Source: Vicugna vicugna (Eukaryota). From it: DNA of 64,000 nt. Of the stretch, positions 35,888 to 49,510 are shown one piece after another. Location of the stretch: assembly GCA_013265495.1 (NCBI GenBank), contig MU058037.1:1861498-1925497 (forward strand), in the 5' to 3' direction. The position numbers were made by a program, and so were the translations under genes. Position 1 is the stretch's first letter; every line of letters starts with the position of its first letter. Under the pieces are notes generated by a model that was not told the DNA's origin, made no database searches, and worked only from the letters and a program-made list of their open reading frames with translations.

Positions 35888-38093
35888 CACCACACTATAG
35901 TATCTTTTATTTAAGGGCTTCCAGAGTATTTTTCTAGCTGGTCATTAATATTATTCATCATCTAGAGGGATGTCTGACAGTATTAGTGGCCAACTAGAAA
36001 AATAAACATTTAAAATTATTTTTACCTCAAATACAAAATATTATTTGTTCTGCTTTAGTTTTTTAAATAATGGTGTTTCTATTATAGCATTGCTTTAAGT
36101 GTTATTTATGCAATTGTCTATTTTCTCACACTAATTTCTAAGCATTCAAAACGCTCCTGTGTCTCCCACAGCCCCTAGTAATTTGCTTTCCAAATAGCAG
36201 ACATTCAATAACTGTCGGTGTAATTGAATGAGGAAAAAAATGTTGTACAATAATGTTTCTCATTAAATCGAAGATGTATGGAGAGCAGCTTTAGATGCTA
36301 AAGCTCTTCAGTAATATTTTCCATGACTATTAAAAACTTCACAGAAAGGACAATTTAGTATCTTCTTTGTGAATAGATAGCAAGACTTAAAAACTGCTGT
36401 TATCAGATGTGAAAATTTACAATGAGACGTTTAAAAATTATTAGTTACTTTAAAAGCCACACAGTGTTCTATTTTTCTCCCTGAAATAACTTTCTCAATT
36501 AGCTAATTTATAATGCACACACTAAAAGGCATTAAAATATAACTTTCATTATTGGATATTTCACAGGCTCTAATGGAACTTTAGAATATATCTAAAATAA
36601 TTTCTAGTGCTTCAAGTAATTATTGATTCAGCATAGAACTATTTGTCATGCAGGAGACTATTCTTGAAGAGTGATGTTTTTAGAACATTGTTTATATGGC
36701 GGTGTCTCATGTAAATTTTGCTGCTAGACGTGACTATTATCTTGTATATTTCACCACCTCCCTTCTTCTCTTCCTCCCATAAATCAGAATATTGGAAAGA
36801 TAATCAGAACACTTTACCATGCATATATGTGACAGCAAATAGTAAGAGATTTTTTCCATATCTCTGTCTTCAAGTTGAAAATCAAATTGAAGTATTTATC
36901 TATATACTGTGGATTTTACTGGTGCAGCTAAGCATTTCTTTATAACTGAATCAAATATAATTTGGTATTATTAAATGAGATGAGGTGACTCATGAGCTAT
37001 TGACCAAATTCTAGTGGTTAATTAGCAGCAGTATGCTATAACCCCCGCCCACCCACAGTCACTATTGTGGCTAAAGGAATTTTAATTAGCTATGTGAGAC
37101 CTGAGTCAAATACACCTGCAAGCTAGCTCTCTTATTTTTCAAAGCTCTCCTCCTAAGTTCTTGCTTTGGAATTTCTATTACCCAAAGGTAGTGATTACGA
37201 CTTCCTTGGGCTTTTACTACTACCTTCCTTTCTTTTGCTCCTACTTCTCTACCTACATTACCCTTTGCAAACTCAGATTGATCATAATAAATCTGATAAT
37301 GGGACCAAAGGCTTTCAGTTTCTTCATGATAACCCAAACATTCCAACCTGGCTCCATGTGAATCTGCTCAAGTTTCCCGACTAATTTGGCCCTCATTTCC
37401 AGCGGGGTTGCTAGAAAGGGCCATTTTGGAAGTTAACTTAGATTTCCAATCAGTATGCTGTTCACTCACTCCAATACTGGCTTCAAGGTAACTTCTAATG
37501 CTTTCAAAGCATTTATCTTGTATGACTTAGAACAAAGTATTTGGAATGATCTGGGGAAGACTGGAATAGGAATGAGGAGAGAAGACCTTTTCCTTCAGCT
37601 TATATTTCTGACTGTTCAAAAATACACCTAAGCTGGGATGGATACATTTGTGGGTGAATAATAAAATTAAAACATTAAAAATAGAATGAGGTCTGCCTTG
37701 AGCTTAAGGTGAGTGAGTGAATCATGTGCCCGATTAAATTAGCATTGCACAGAAGTGGAACCAGAAGGAGGGTAGAGTGTAACAGCTCTCTTCCCTCTGG
37801 GGTGACTCTTCCATCTGCACACTGCAAGCCTGCCACCAGATAGTGAATGGTGAGAGATCCTAAATGACAGGTGGCAGAAGAATACAGAAGAGTCTTATTA
37901 GCCAACTCCTACAATATATATTCTGGGTGCTGCTACTTGAGCATTTTTCCCCTTAAAGAGTGTCTATTAGCAGACATTAAACATAGAAATAATTTGCTTT
38001 ACCTCATGACCTCCTTATAGGTGGAGGGGTGCACTGAAGATACTCATGGGAAAGCATAAAGAAGTGAGGGTACAGATGTTACTTTTTGGTGGC

Positions 38094-38372
38094 TGTTATC
38101 TGAGTATTTGTGTCCCCTCAAAATTCATATGTTGAAATGCTGATGCCCAATGTGATGGTATTAGGAGATGAGGCCTTTGGGAGGTCCTTAGGTCTTGAGG
38201 ATGGAGTCTTCATGAGTGGGATTAGTGTTCTTAAAGAGAGACCCTGGAGAGATCCCTTCTACTTTCTGCACTGGCTATGAACCAGAAAGAGCTCCAACCC
38301 CACCAGAATGCAACCATGCTGGTACCTTGATCTTGGAATTCCCAACCTCCAGAACTGTGAGAAATAAATGTA
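38094..38372 (+). mobile_element. MLT1A/A0-like MaLR LTR, 3'-truncated
   Basis: tgtgtcccctcaaaattcatatgttgaaa...ccaatgtgatggtattaggag...ctccagaactgtgagaaataaat. Confidence 0.85.
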
Positions 38373-38584
38373 TGAAATAAGTTCTCTGTACTTGTGACTC
38401 TTTTTGTGTTTAGTAATATTTGTTCATTTGTTTTCTTTTTTAGATTCCACATATAGGTGAAATCATACAGTATTCCTCTTTCTTTGTCAGAGTTATTTCA
38501 CTTAGCATAATACCCTCTAAGTCCATCCATGTTGTCAAACATGGCAAGATTTCATTCTTTTTTATGGCTGGTAATATTCTATTA

Positions 38585-38623
38585 TGTGTGTTTGTGTGTG
38601 TGTATGTGTGTGTGTGTGTGTGT
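38585..38623. repeat. Imperfect (TG)n inside L1 3' UTR
   Basis: Direct reading. Confidence 0.9.
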
Positions 38624-38910
38624 ATCACTTATTTATCTATTCATCTATTGATGGATACTTAGGTTGCTTCCATATCATGGTTATTATAAATAACGCTGTG
38701 ATGAACATAGGGGTGCATATATCTTTTTGAATTAGTGTTTTTGGTTTTATTCAGGTAAATACCCAGAAATGGAATTGCTAGAACATATGGTAGTTCTATT
38801 TTTAGTTTTTTGAGGAACCACCATATGTTTTCCATGGTGGCTGCACCAGTGTACATTCCCACCAACAGTGCACCAGGGTTCCCTTTTCTCCCATCCTCAC
38901 CACTACTTGT

Positions 38911-38970
38911 TATTTGTTGTCTTTTTGATGATAGCCATTCTATTTGTTGTCTTTTTGATGATAGCCATTC
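38911..38970. repeat. Perfect 30-bp tandem duplication inside L1
   Basis: TATTTGTTGTCTTTTTGATGATAGCCATTC x2. Confidence 0.97.
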
Positions 38971-39609
38971 TGACAGGTATGAGGTGATATTTCATTGTGG
39001 GTTTGATTTGCATTTCCCTGATGACTAGTGATGTTGAGCAGCTTTTCATGTGCCTGTTGGCCATCTGTGTCTTCTTTGGAACAATGTCTATTCAGGTATT
39101 CTGCCCACTTTTAAATCAGGTTGTTTGGGGTTTTTTGATGTTGAGTTGTATGAGTTCTTTGTATATTTTGAATTTTAACTTCTTACCAGGTATATTGTTT
39201 GCAAATATCTTCTCCCATTCAGTGGGTGGCCTCTCTGTTTTGTTGACAGTTTTCTTCGCTGTAAAAAAAGCTTCTTAGTTTGATGTAGTCCCATTTGTTT
39301 ATTTTTGCTTTTGTTTCCCTTGCTTGAGGAGATGTATGCAAGAAAATTTGGCTAAGACCAATGTCAAAGAGCATACTGACTGTTTTCTTTTAAGAGTTTT
39401 ATGGTTTCAGGTCTTACTTTTGAAATATTTAATCCATTTTGAATTTATTTTTGTATATGGTATGCTGGAGTAGTCTTGTTTGATTCTTTTGCATGTAGCT
39501 ATCCAGTTTGCCCAACATATTTAGTGAAGAAGCTGTCTTTTCCCCATTGTATGTTCTTGCATCCTTTGTCATAGATTAATTGCCCATATAAGTGTGGGTC
39601 CATTTCTAG

Positions 39610-39785
39610 AGAAGCTAAGTCTTGGTAACACCTTTCAAGCACTGACTCCAACTGTGCTTGTAACCAGTCTTGCCTCTGGATCAGGCTGCTTCTCGATTTC
39701 ATTTATGTAAATCAGTAAATTCCTTTAATTCTTTTTTTTTCCCTTAAACTAGTTTGATTTGGGTATTCTGTTACAACCAAAATTG
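39610..39785 (+). mobile_element. MLT1J/L-like LTR 3' part
   Basis: aatcagtaaattcccttt-like motif...taaactagtttgatttgggtattctgttac. Confidence 0.55.
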
Positions 39786-41184
39786 CCCAGATTTGCATAG
39801 ATATGAATACCACTCAAGCATCTCCACAGTTGAAGATTGATCTGTGATTGTGTGGGGCCCACACCATTGGACATTTATTTATCTAGTAATCAATCAAGAA
39901 TAAGAACTACTTTTCAGAAAAGTTTGTTTGATAGTCAGAGTTTTAAATTATTCTACTGGCAAAACTACCAATCCATCTACTAATTGGTTTGTGAATAATT
40001 AAAAGATGGTCCAAGGTCATTACAAAACCTCAAGATAATTCCTGGTGTCTAGAGTATGCATTGTTCATGTAGTGTTATGAGATAAATGCTCTCATAATAA
40101 ATGAAAAAGAAACAGAATAATGACATTTATATAATATAGAATAAAATGGAAAATCAGAATGTGGAACTTTATGAGGAATCTCTAAAAAAAGCAACTGGGA
40201 AACATCTCAAGCATGAGGCTTTAGAATGTAGCAGTTTCATTGAGAGAAATAATTTGTGAAACAATTTGGAACTCCTCTAAAACTTTCAATCATTATTAAA
40301 ATTTTTTGGTGCTTAAGTTATTTCAACTTTAATTAAAAATTACCCTTATGTAATAGTTGATATACATGATATATGGATATAAGCTATAACCATTACAGTC
40401 ACTGTTTTTAAAGAAATGAATATTTATTTGATAAATACTGCTTTTCTGAAAATACTGTACAAACAGGTGATTTAAATTTTTTTTTGTTTTGTCCCACTGC
40501 TAAAGGATTAATTCTCAGTGGACACATATTTCAGAAACTAGTTACTGTACCTAAAATTAAATGTTAATGTTGCCCTTTCTAAGAGAGACAATAGACAGCC
40601 ATCTTAAGAAGATGGATTTCAAAGTATAAATGTCAGAAAAACTCAACAGTCCAGAAATTTTCCAAGATATCTTTTGAAGCAACTGAAATAAAAGGCCAAG
40701 CTTAAGTCTACAAAGGCCTTTCTTTCAACTTGGTAATTAAAAGAGGGAGGGAGTTTGACTGTTTTTTTTTTTTCAGCACTACTTAAATGTTGATGAAAGA
40801 ATGAGTGGATCTGGTAAATAAACCAGAACAACCCCATTCATAATGGATCAGTTATGTCCACAAGAAGTGAAGGTATGATTTCGGTAATGCTGTTAGCTTA
40901 GTTTAGGTCTGTGAAGACAGTGAAGGCAACAGTGAGTTGCAATGAGCCAGCAACATATCGAACTGTCCTGGAATCAAATGATCCAGTTGAGAATCTCAAC
41001 TCTGCTACTTCCTAGCTGCATGGCCTTGGGATGTTTACTTATTCTCTCCAAACCTGAGATTCCTGGTGTATAAAATGGGTCAAACATGCTAGTTACTATC
41101 ACTTAAGTTTTTCACATTATAATAATATTTGTTATTTGTAAAGTATTTCTCTGTGCCATGTGCTACACTACACATAACACACAC

Positions 41185-41186
<2 letters not shown>

Positions 41187-41221
<35 letters not shown>
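41187..41221. repeat. (CA)17 microsatellite
   Basis: Direct reading; interrupted CA units continue upstream. Confidence 0.95.
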
Positions 41222-41223
<2 letters not shown>

Positions 41224-41907
41224 TACCCTTAAAATTCTATGAGACTGGTATTTTAATTCCTGTTTAAAACATTATAAGATAGATAAGATGTAGAGACTGA
41301 GCCTCAGGTACGTTATTTACCTCTCTCAGGGTCACATGGCTTCTGTACAGCCAATCTTGGATTTGAACAAAAGTCTGTCTGATTCCATAGACAATGATCC
41401 TAATTTATAAAACTAAACAACCTCTATATGTTGTAATAAGAAAGAGTAATTTGGAACCTGTACTTTGAACCACATCACAATCCATAGTGTGGGGAGTACT
41501 TGCTAATTTTGCCTGTTCCTTAGACAGTTCAAGAATGTGTAAAAAAGAACTTTGTGTAAAAACCATAAACCACATACTGGCTTTGGGATGAAACTGAGAT
41601 AGACAGATCCTATAGCTGTGAAACTGCAGGGGGAACAGATTAGCTTATGCGATTTAGAGGCAGAGCTATGAGCCAACAGGAACTGCAAGATGTGGTCACG
41701 GTCAGTCAGCAGATGACGGAGCAAATTTCTACTCACTGTGGAGAAACCAAAGTCAGAAAGCACACCCAAACCCCACTGTGATGTTAGAATCTTTCTCATC
41801 TGATAACTCTAGGCAACCACTGACATTAATTGAGTTTAGCAGATAATATCAAACTTGAGCTCATGGACCCACAAAGGTCATGAAACTCTGCTCACATAGC
41901 AAATCTT

Positions 41908-42182
41908 TTTTTTTTAATTGAAGTATAATCAGTTTACAGTGTGTCAATTTCTGGTGTACAGCATAATGTTTCGGTCATACATACACACACATATATTCGT
42001 TTTCATATTCTTTTTCATTATAGGTTACTACAAAATACTGAATATAGTTCACTGAGCTATACAGTAGAAACTTCTTGTTTATCTATTTTATATATACTGG
42101 TTACTATTTGCAAATCTCAAACTCCCAATTTATCTCTTCCCACCCCGTTTCCCACCAGTAACCATAAGATTGTTTACTACGT
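41908..42182 (-). mobile_element. Lineage-specific L1 3' end (5'-truncated)
   Basis: ttttaattgaagtataatcagtttacagtgtgtcaatttctggtgtacagcata...; 17-bp TSD CTCAC(A/G)TAGCAAATCTT at 41891-41907 and 42183-42199. Confidence 0.88.
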
Positions 42183-44524
42183 CTCACGTAGCAAATCTTA
42201 ATGCTGGTGCAAGGCTGTGCTGGCTTTATTGGTTTGAGAATTTTAGAGGTGCAGATGCCTAAAGTCCCAGTTAGCCAGATTTTAGTGACTGCTCTGCTTC
42301 TGGTATCATCCTCCCTGAAATCACCAAAATACTTTCAGTTCCTCAAATGACCTTTTTTTTTTTTTTGTCCTCATGGCTTTTCACATGCTGTTCCTTTTGC
42401 CCAGAAGACCCTTTCTGTCCCTGTCCTCTAGGCAGCCCTATTTATTCTTCTAGTTGAATGCAGGTAATGTCTCTTCTATGAGGCTTTTCTTGACTTTCCC
42501 AGGCCATGTTCTGAGCATAGCACCCTGTGTGTAATGAATGTAGTAACCATTTATTCTGTGCCAGACACTATGCTAAATCCTTTGCATATATTATTTTAGG
42601 TACTCTGTATAGTAACTTTAGGAATTAAGTATTGATATCCCTGTTTTAAACAGAAAGATATTAAGGTATAGAGAGTTGCAATGACTTACCCAAGACCACA
42701 CTGCTATCAAGTAGTGAATCTCAAATTTGAACCCAAACTTAAGTGTTATCTACACCAATGCTCATCATCATGATGTTGCTCAGGTGTATGTGTTTAATGA
42801 TCTCTCTCTTCCTGTAGTCATTTTTGTATTTCCTAGGCTAAACAAACAGTAGTGCCGTATATGTATATGAAATGTTGAAGAGACTGGGATCTGTGGGGAT
42901 GGGACTGAGCAAATGCCAAAGAACAATATAATACAGCCATTAAATCCATAGTAAAAATTTAAATCATACCATCATATTTATAATCTGTAAAAGCTGATTA
43001 GGAAAAGGCTGAGAATAGATGGTCATTTCTGCTTCTTTGTTCAAATATAAATAAGGGAAATGGCTAGTATTTCTTAAAAACTACCGAATGATTGAAGTAA
43101 AAACAGTGTAAAAGGTCTGTAACAGTCATATGTCACAGCATCCATGTCCCCCACGTACATCTTGAATGGTGCATAAAGAGAAATGACTTTGGCTTCTGCC
43201 ATCTGTTCTCTGCATCAAGAATAAGTACCATGGAAGGGACTGAGAATGCATTTTATGCAAGGACTGTCACACAAAGAGCAGACATTAAGACTGAAATTGC
43301 AGCTCTCAGACTGCGGAGCTGAACAATAGTCAAAGATGGGAGAAATCCTAACAGCTGGCAAGTCAGGGAAAGGAAGATGGGGAAATGAATCTCATTGTTT
43401 ATCTAGCTTCTAAAGATGAAGTCATAAAAACCATATAACCTAATTGCAGCTCTGTTGTCATTCCAGTAGTGTCTTTTTGCACCACTCAAGTCTAGCCATC
43501 CGGGTTCCATTCTTCCCTATTTATCTTACTTATTCTTTATGATATAGTTCAAATATCACCTCCTTTGTGATGTGTCACCTCCTTGTGACATACCTGGTCC
43601 CCTAGTCAGCATTGATAACCCCACCGTTTTGCTTACAAATAACCCTATTTGTACCTCAATTTAGTAGTTCTTAGCTAGATCCAAGACCAAGTTTGAGCCT
43701 ATTAAGAGCAGAAAACAGTTCTTTCTTATCTTCTCTGCTCATGCTAACTGCCTAGCACATAGCTGAGTTCAAACTAGGCTTTCAGTGAAGGCTTGTTGAA
43801 TTGAAATACATCTGTTAATGTTGAGGAATTACTGAACTATAAATCTTTCTTGACCAAATGAATTATTCGTCTAAGGAAAAACTTTAAAGAATCAGGAAGT
43901 CTCAAATCATCTCCTTTGAGTTCTGTTTTTACTTGATAATAATTTTTTTCTGAAATTTTAGCCTTTGAATTGCATACTTTATTAGCACAAAGGACTTCCT
44001 CAGAGACAAACTCAGATATTATATATAACTTTGGCTGAGTCATACTTTAATATCCCTTCAGCTTTCTCAGTAGTCAACCTTGATTCTTTGTTAGATTTCC
44101 TGGAAAGCACCCACAGCAGCTGCTCCTGCCACTACCACTACTCATGTTGGCCAGACTATGTTTGCTGCAAGCGTCAGGGGTCTAGGCAAGTAGGTCTCTG
44201 ACTGAAGAGAGACCTCTAATGGATGAAGCAGCCAGGAGAGTAAACCTAAAATCCTGTAGTGTGTGGGAAATGGAAAAGGAGAAGTTTGGGCAGAGAAAAT
44301 GAATAATAAAACTTATGAGGAAAGAGAGAGCTCTCCACGTTAAAAGTCTTTAAATTTGTATTTATTCATTGGGTTATCCATTTTAAGCCCAAACTTAGAG
44401 GCTTTTCCTAAGGCTATTTTGTAAAATGGAAGACAACTAGAACTGTTAATATCATTGTGGCATACATGCACAGTTAAAATGACTTAACCAGCATCAGTTT
44501 TCAAAGTTACGTGCTACATAGTTA

Positions 44525-44825
44525 CACCCATTAGAATGATTTTGGCTGCAAGTAACAGAAAACCCAATTCAAAATGACTTAAACCACATGCTGTTTATTA
44601 TTTCACATAACAAAATGCCCAGAGATAGGGCATCTCTATGGTTTATTTCAATTAACCAATGATTTATTTTATTATGGACTCAAGTTCTTTATTTTCTGTA
44701 TGATAGCTCCCCTCATGGTTGTAAATGTCTGCAGTAGCTCTACCATTACCTTTTTGTACAGCTAAGTTCAGAGGCAGAAAAAAAGTACTTATATATTTTT
44801 TTTGTTAAGAAACATTTCCCAGATA
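44525..44825 (-). mobile_element. MLT1J-like LTR fragment
   Basis: tttggctgcaagtaacagaaaacccaattcaaaatgacttaaac. Confidence 0.65.
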
Positions 44826-45863
44826 TAACGTTTCCAAGCAGTAAGTGTTGGTTATCTTAGAATCTCCATTTGCTGTTTTTCTACATAGCAAATTATTGTC
44901 CAGCCTAGATGGGGTTCTATCCAAAGTATGGAAGGTGGGCCAACTGAATCTGAAGGGCTAGGTTTCCACATAGATTGATTACAAAGGACTAGCGTTTTAC
45001 ATCATACTTAAAATCCTACTATTCTACCCTCATTCCTTTCAACTTTCCTGAGAGTAGTTACATTAGAAGTGATTTCCAATGTTGGTCGCACATTCCTTTT
45101 CCTCATCTCTACATAAAAGACTATTTTGGGGTAAGAATACGTTGGAACATTACTTCAAAACCTCTTTCTCAAAATTTTCCTGCATGGAATGGCATTGTTT
45201 TTAGCAGACATTGCTCACTATTCTATCCAGATAAGAGGAAGAAGAGGCCGGAGCAGCAGTCACAAAATTTATTAGTTTCTATAGAACTAACAGCTAACTC
45301 TACCATGCCGTTTCTTTTAGTACCTCCTACTTTGAGCAGGGAAGGGAGAGGGCAGAAATACTTCTACCGACCGCACTGTTTTATTGACTGCCTCTCGTCA
45401 TTTCTTTCCTACTAGAGATATTATGTTGTGGATAACTGTGAGGGGATAATTTTACTGTTTATATGACAGTTAAGAGAGAATTGGAAACATCTTCACACTT
45501 AGAACACAGTGCACAGTTTCTTGTGAACAACATGATACTGTTTTGTTTTATGAGAGTGTATAGGTATTTTTTTAATAATGAAATTATTTGCAACCTTCAT
45601 TAGTACATTTTAAATGGTATCATTTATTAAAATACAAATAAATCATTGGGTTAAAAGTTATAATTCATGTATCCTAGGTATTCCCGAATCCCTCAGCTTT
45701 AGAGAGAACTCTCAATTTAATACTTACATAAAGTTGTTTGAGTCCACATCTCACATTGTGGGAGGCTTAGCATTTCCCAGTATCTCTAAGAGTTCGTAGG
45801 GAAGCATACATGTCTCCTAGTCATCTCTTGTTCTAATACCTATATTTCTCTGCATTCTTTATT

Positions 45864-46074
45864 AAACTCTGTCCATTAGAAATATAATAAAAGCCATATA
45901 CAGAATTTAAATTTTTCTTGTAGCCACATTAGGAAAACAAAATGAAACAAATGAAATTAATTTTAGCATTATATCTTTAAAAACCCAGATGTCCAAATAT
46001 TCCAGCATGTGGCATCAGCTATGTTTCAAGTGTTCAGTACCATGTGGCTAGTAGCTACTGTATTGGTCAGCATG
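45864..46074. mobile_element. MER33-like hAT MITE
   Basis: ctgtccattagaaatataat...tagccacatt...tgaaattaatttt...atgtggctagtagctactgtattgg. Confidence 0.7.
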
Positions 46075-48285
46075 GCTCTATATCCTCTTATCTCATTTCC
46101 AATGATGGGTCTCTTCCCTCTTTGCCAAACTCAACATGGAACAGTGACCTTTTTTCTGATTCCCCAAAGCAACCATGAACAAAGGATTTTGCCTGTACCA
46201 CACTTCAAGGCTTGGGGAGAATGGATGGTTAAATTATTACACAGCATGCCCAACTACTGGACAACTGCAAATCCCAGTTTTTCATGTCCTTCTGCCCTTT
46301 TTGTCATAAAGAATTTCTCTCTAAACATTTCTTCCCAAACTTCAACCTGCCACCAGGCTTCTAAGTAGAATATTAATGGTAAAGGATTATGGGCATGAAA
46401 GAAATTGTGTTTCAGAACGTAAGCAAAAAGAGAAATGTCAAGATCCTACCATCCTGCCCATCTCAAGGTCACATCTCGAAGAAAGCCTTTCCTGACTTTA
46501 ACAAATAAACATAAATCCTTAAGGAAACTTGGCTGAATTTTTCTCAGGATGGTCAACATATTTTGACTTGTAATAGCAACATTTGTATTTACTTAGACCC
46601 CTCCTTGTCCCCCACAGAACTTGAGGCCTTTGTTTTTAAGAAATGAATCTCCTCTTACTTGCTCATGTTTCCTTGCCAATTTTTGATAGCTCCTGACCAC
46701 TCTCTGACTTGTGCCAGCACAGGAGCTCTGATCACTCACATCCAAATTCTCTCTCTTGATTTGGAAGCTCATGACACTCTCCACTGTCAGCTTAACTAAC
46801 CAAACTGCAGTCACTACCTGGTCCAGATTAGCCTGTCTTAGTGCAGGTGTGTGTAACCAACCTGTCTGCCTCATGTCTGCACCTTCCTTCAATACCTCTG
46901 TCATTCCATCCATCTTCTTCCAGGGCATTTAGTGGGACCCAGGTTAGCTTGGTTTGAGCCATAATATGATACAACTTGGCATATTTTTAAAAATCAAAAC
47001 TATAGCTGATAAAGGCTTGAGAATAAGCTCTGACTTATATGACAAAAATCTCAAACTGGAGATGCGACACTGGTTAACTAGTGAAAACTAAATTACAAGC
47101 AAAAGGAAATATTTCAGATGGCTACAAAGCTTGGCTGTTAATAGCCCTGGAATCTAACTCTTCCCAATGCCATGTGCTACCCCACATACTTGCCCCGCAG
47201 AACATGATGAGCCATTATAGCCGTTGCTTTGGTGATAATTTTAATTACAACACACAAACATTTTGACAATAATTTACATCCTTAGATATTAAAAAATTAA
47301 AAAAATAAAAGTACACTCATGGTAAGAAGTGTTTGTGGCAAGGGTGAGAGAGATCTTTAGTATTCTTATGTAATTTGAGAATTCCCAAATCTCTTGACTT
47401 GTAAATATTATAATATGACCAAAACAATATAAAATGTTAAATTTTTTGATAATCATCAAAATAAAATGCCAAGTTTCACTGAAAATGCATCTCTTGATGA
47501 TAAGAATGGGGCTTTTTTCATTTACTCATGTGTTTAAGGGTGACTATCACTTATTGCTAGAATGAAAAGAGGTTAGCCTCAGTTCTCATCCAGTTTTACA
47601 TGTTATGTATGTAAGCATTGAGCAGGCTTGTGCACATACAGAAGTGGATGAGAAGGGGAGGAGTTTAGTTATAGCAATACCACTCAATTTTTTCAATGTC
47701 TTCTGAGTTCTATGCCAAAAATCACATGTGCTTTGCTATCAAAAACTTCTTTTAATGACTGGTCAACCAACAACTTGATGAAGTACTGTTTTCAGTTTTG
47801 CTGAAAGCACAGAATTGCAAACTGTGACTTGGCAAAGGATTTGTTATCTTCTCATTAGAACCTTTCACTTTTACAACAGTGAAATCAGTATTTTGAATTG
47901 TCACCTTGTTTAACATCAGGGAAGTTTCCACACCTGGGGCAATGCTCAATAGTTGGGTTCAGGATGATTGAGAAATAGGCTTTTCATTTTGTAAAGTAGG
48001 AGATGTATGACTCTAACAGTAAAAGTGGAAAAGGAAAAGCAGAATGATGGTAAGCACATTCTTGGTCAGACCATTTTAGGAAAGGATACACAGGAGAGTT
48101 GAAGATCTAGAAATTGATTCCTTTAAAACCATCCTTGCCCACGTTCCCATCGGATAATTTTTATGTACCTGAAGGAGTCCCCAGAACCCCCTAGTCTAAA
48201 ACCCTCTGCAGTTCCTTTGGCATTACTTAATGATATTCAGCAGGTTAATAATCATATACCACACTGGGAATTTTCTTGTATTTTT

Positions 48286-48452
48286 TGGTATATATATATA
48301 TATTTTTTTTCTGATTGAGTATAGTCAGTTTACAATGTGTTGATTTCTGGTGTACAGCATAATGCTTCAGTCATACATGAACATGCATATATTTGTTTTC
48401 ATATTCTTTTTCACCATAAATTACTACAAGATATTGAATACAGTTCCTTGTG
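48286..48452 (-). mobile_element. Lineage-specific L1 3' end with (TA)n in tail
   Basis: Same family as 41908-42182; TSD TTCTTGTATTTTT at 48273-48285 and 48453-48465. Confidence 0.85.
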
Positions 48453-49044
48453 TTCTTGTATTTTTGATTTAGAGTTTTATGTATTTAATTACTTAATTTC
48501 CCCTAAAATATTAATTCATATTTTCCTAATTAGATTATAAATTGTTTGAACATCAGGACTAGATGTTATTTATTGCCTCACCCATTGCAATACCGTTCAC
48601 AAAGCTGAAGTGTGTTTAATTGATTATTGGCGCCTGTTAACTCTGGTCTTAGCTTTATTAAAAAGTTCCTCCCCCCTTCTACCCTCCTCTTCTTCAAAAC
48701 ACACTCTTATAAAGATTGCTTATCCCTAAAAATGGTCTCTACAAAAGAAGTGGTTCAGGTCTCTGTGGTTGTAGTTGTCTGGCACTGCATTTCGATCCTG
48801 GTTAACTCCCAACGACAGACTGATGTGGCAGTCAAAGGGAAACTCAGGACTCCCGAGAGAAGTATGGCACTTTAAGTTTTGAGGTATTTGAACTGCTTGT
48901 CATGACTTACAGGTGGTCCACTACTATATTTTGAGGGTAATTTATTTAAAATGTACAAAATTTAAATTGTTACATATTCTTGAAGGATTGAAGCCTTTAT
49001 CGGTATGTGACAATATGGTGGGTATAATAAACTTCCCTTTTTAT

Positions 49045-49510
49045 CTTACATACCATCAAAATTTAAAACTTTGCTCTGTAAAAACCCTGTTAAGAGGATG
49101 AAAAGATGAGCTACAGGCTGGGAGAAAGTTCTTGCAAGCCACATCTCCAATGAAGGACTCATATCTAGAATACATAAAGAACTCTCAAAACTCAACAGTG
49201 AAAAAACATGTGATTCAATTAGAAAATGAGAAAACACATCAAAACACATTTCACTGAAAAGGATATACAGATGTTAAATAAGCATATGAAAATATGTTCA
49301 AAATCACTAGCCATTAGAGAATAAAGCCACGATGGGCTATTACTACACACCTATTGGAACAGCTAAGGTAAAAAATAGTGACAATACCAAAATGCTGGTG
49401 AGAATGTGGAGAAAATATGGGTATGTAAAATGGCATAGCCATTCTGGAAAACAATTGGACGGTTTCTTAAAAAAACTAAACATATGTTTACCATGTGACC
49501 CAGCAATCAC
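49045..49510 (+). mobile_element. L1 (L1MC/MD-like) ORF2 3' fragment
   Basis: aaaatttaaaactttgctctg...atctagaatacataaagaactctcaaaactcaac...accatgtgacccagcaat. Confidence 0.8.

Larger units (their letters stand above)
38381..39607 (-). mobile_element. L1 ORF2 C-terminus and part of 3' UTR (poly-A end missing)
   Basis: Minus ORFs [42 protein letters not shown] and EMDPHLYGQLIYDKG.KNIQWGKDS match L1 ORF2p. Confidence 0.92.
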
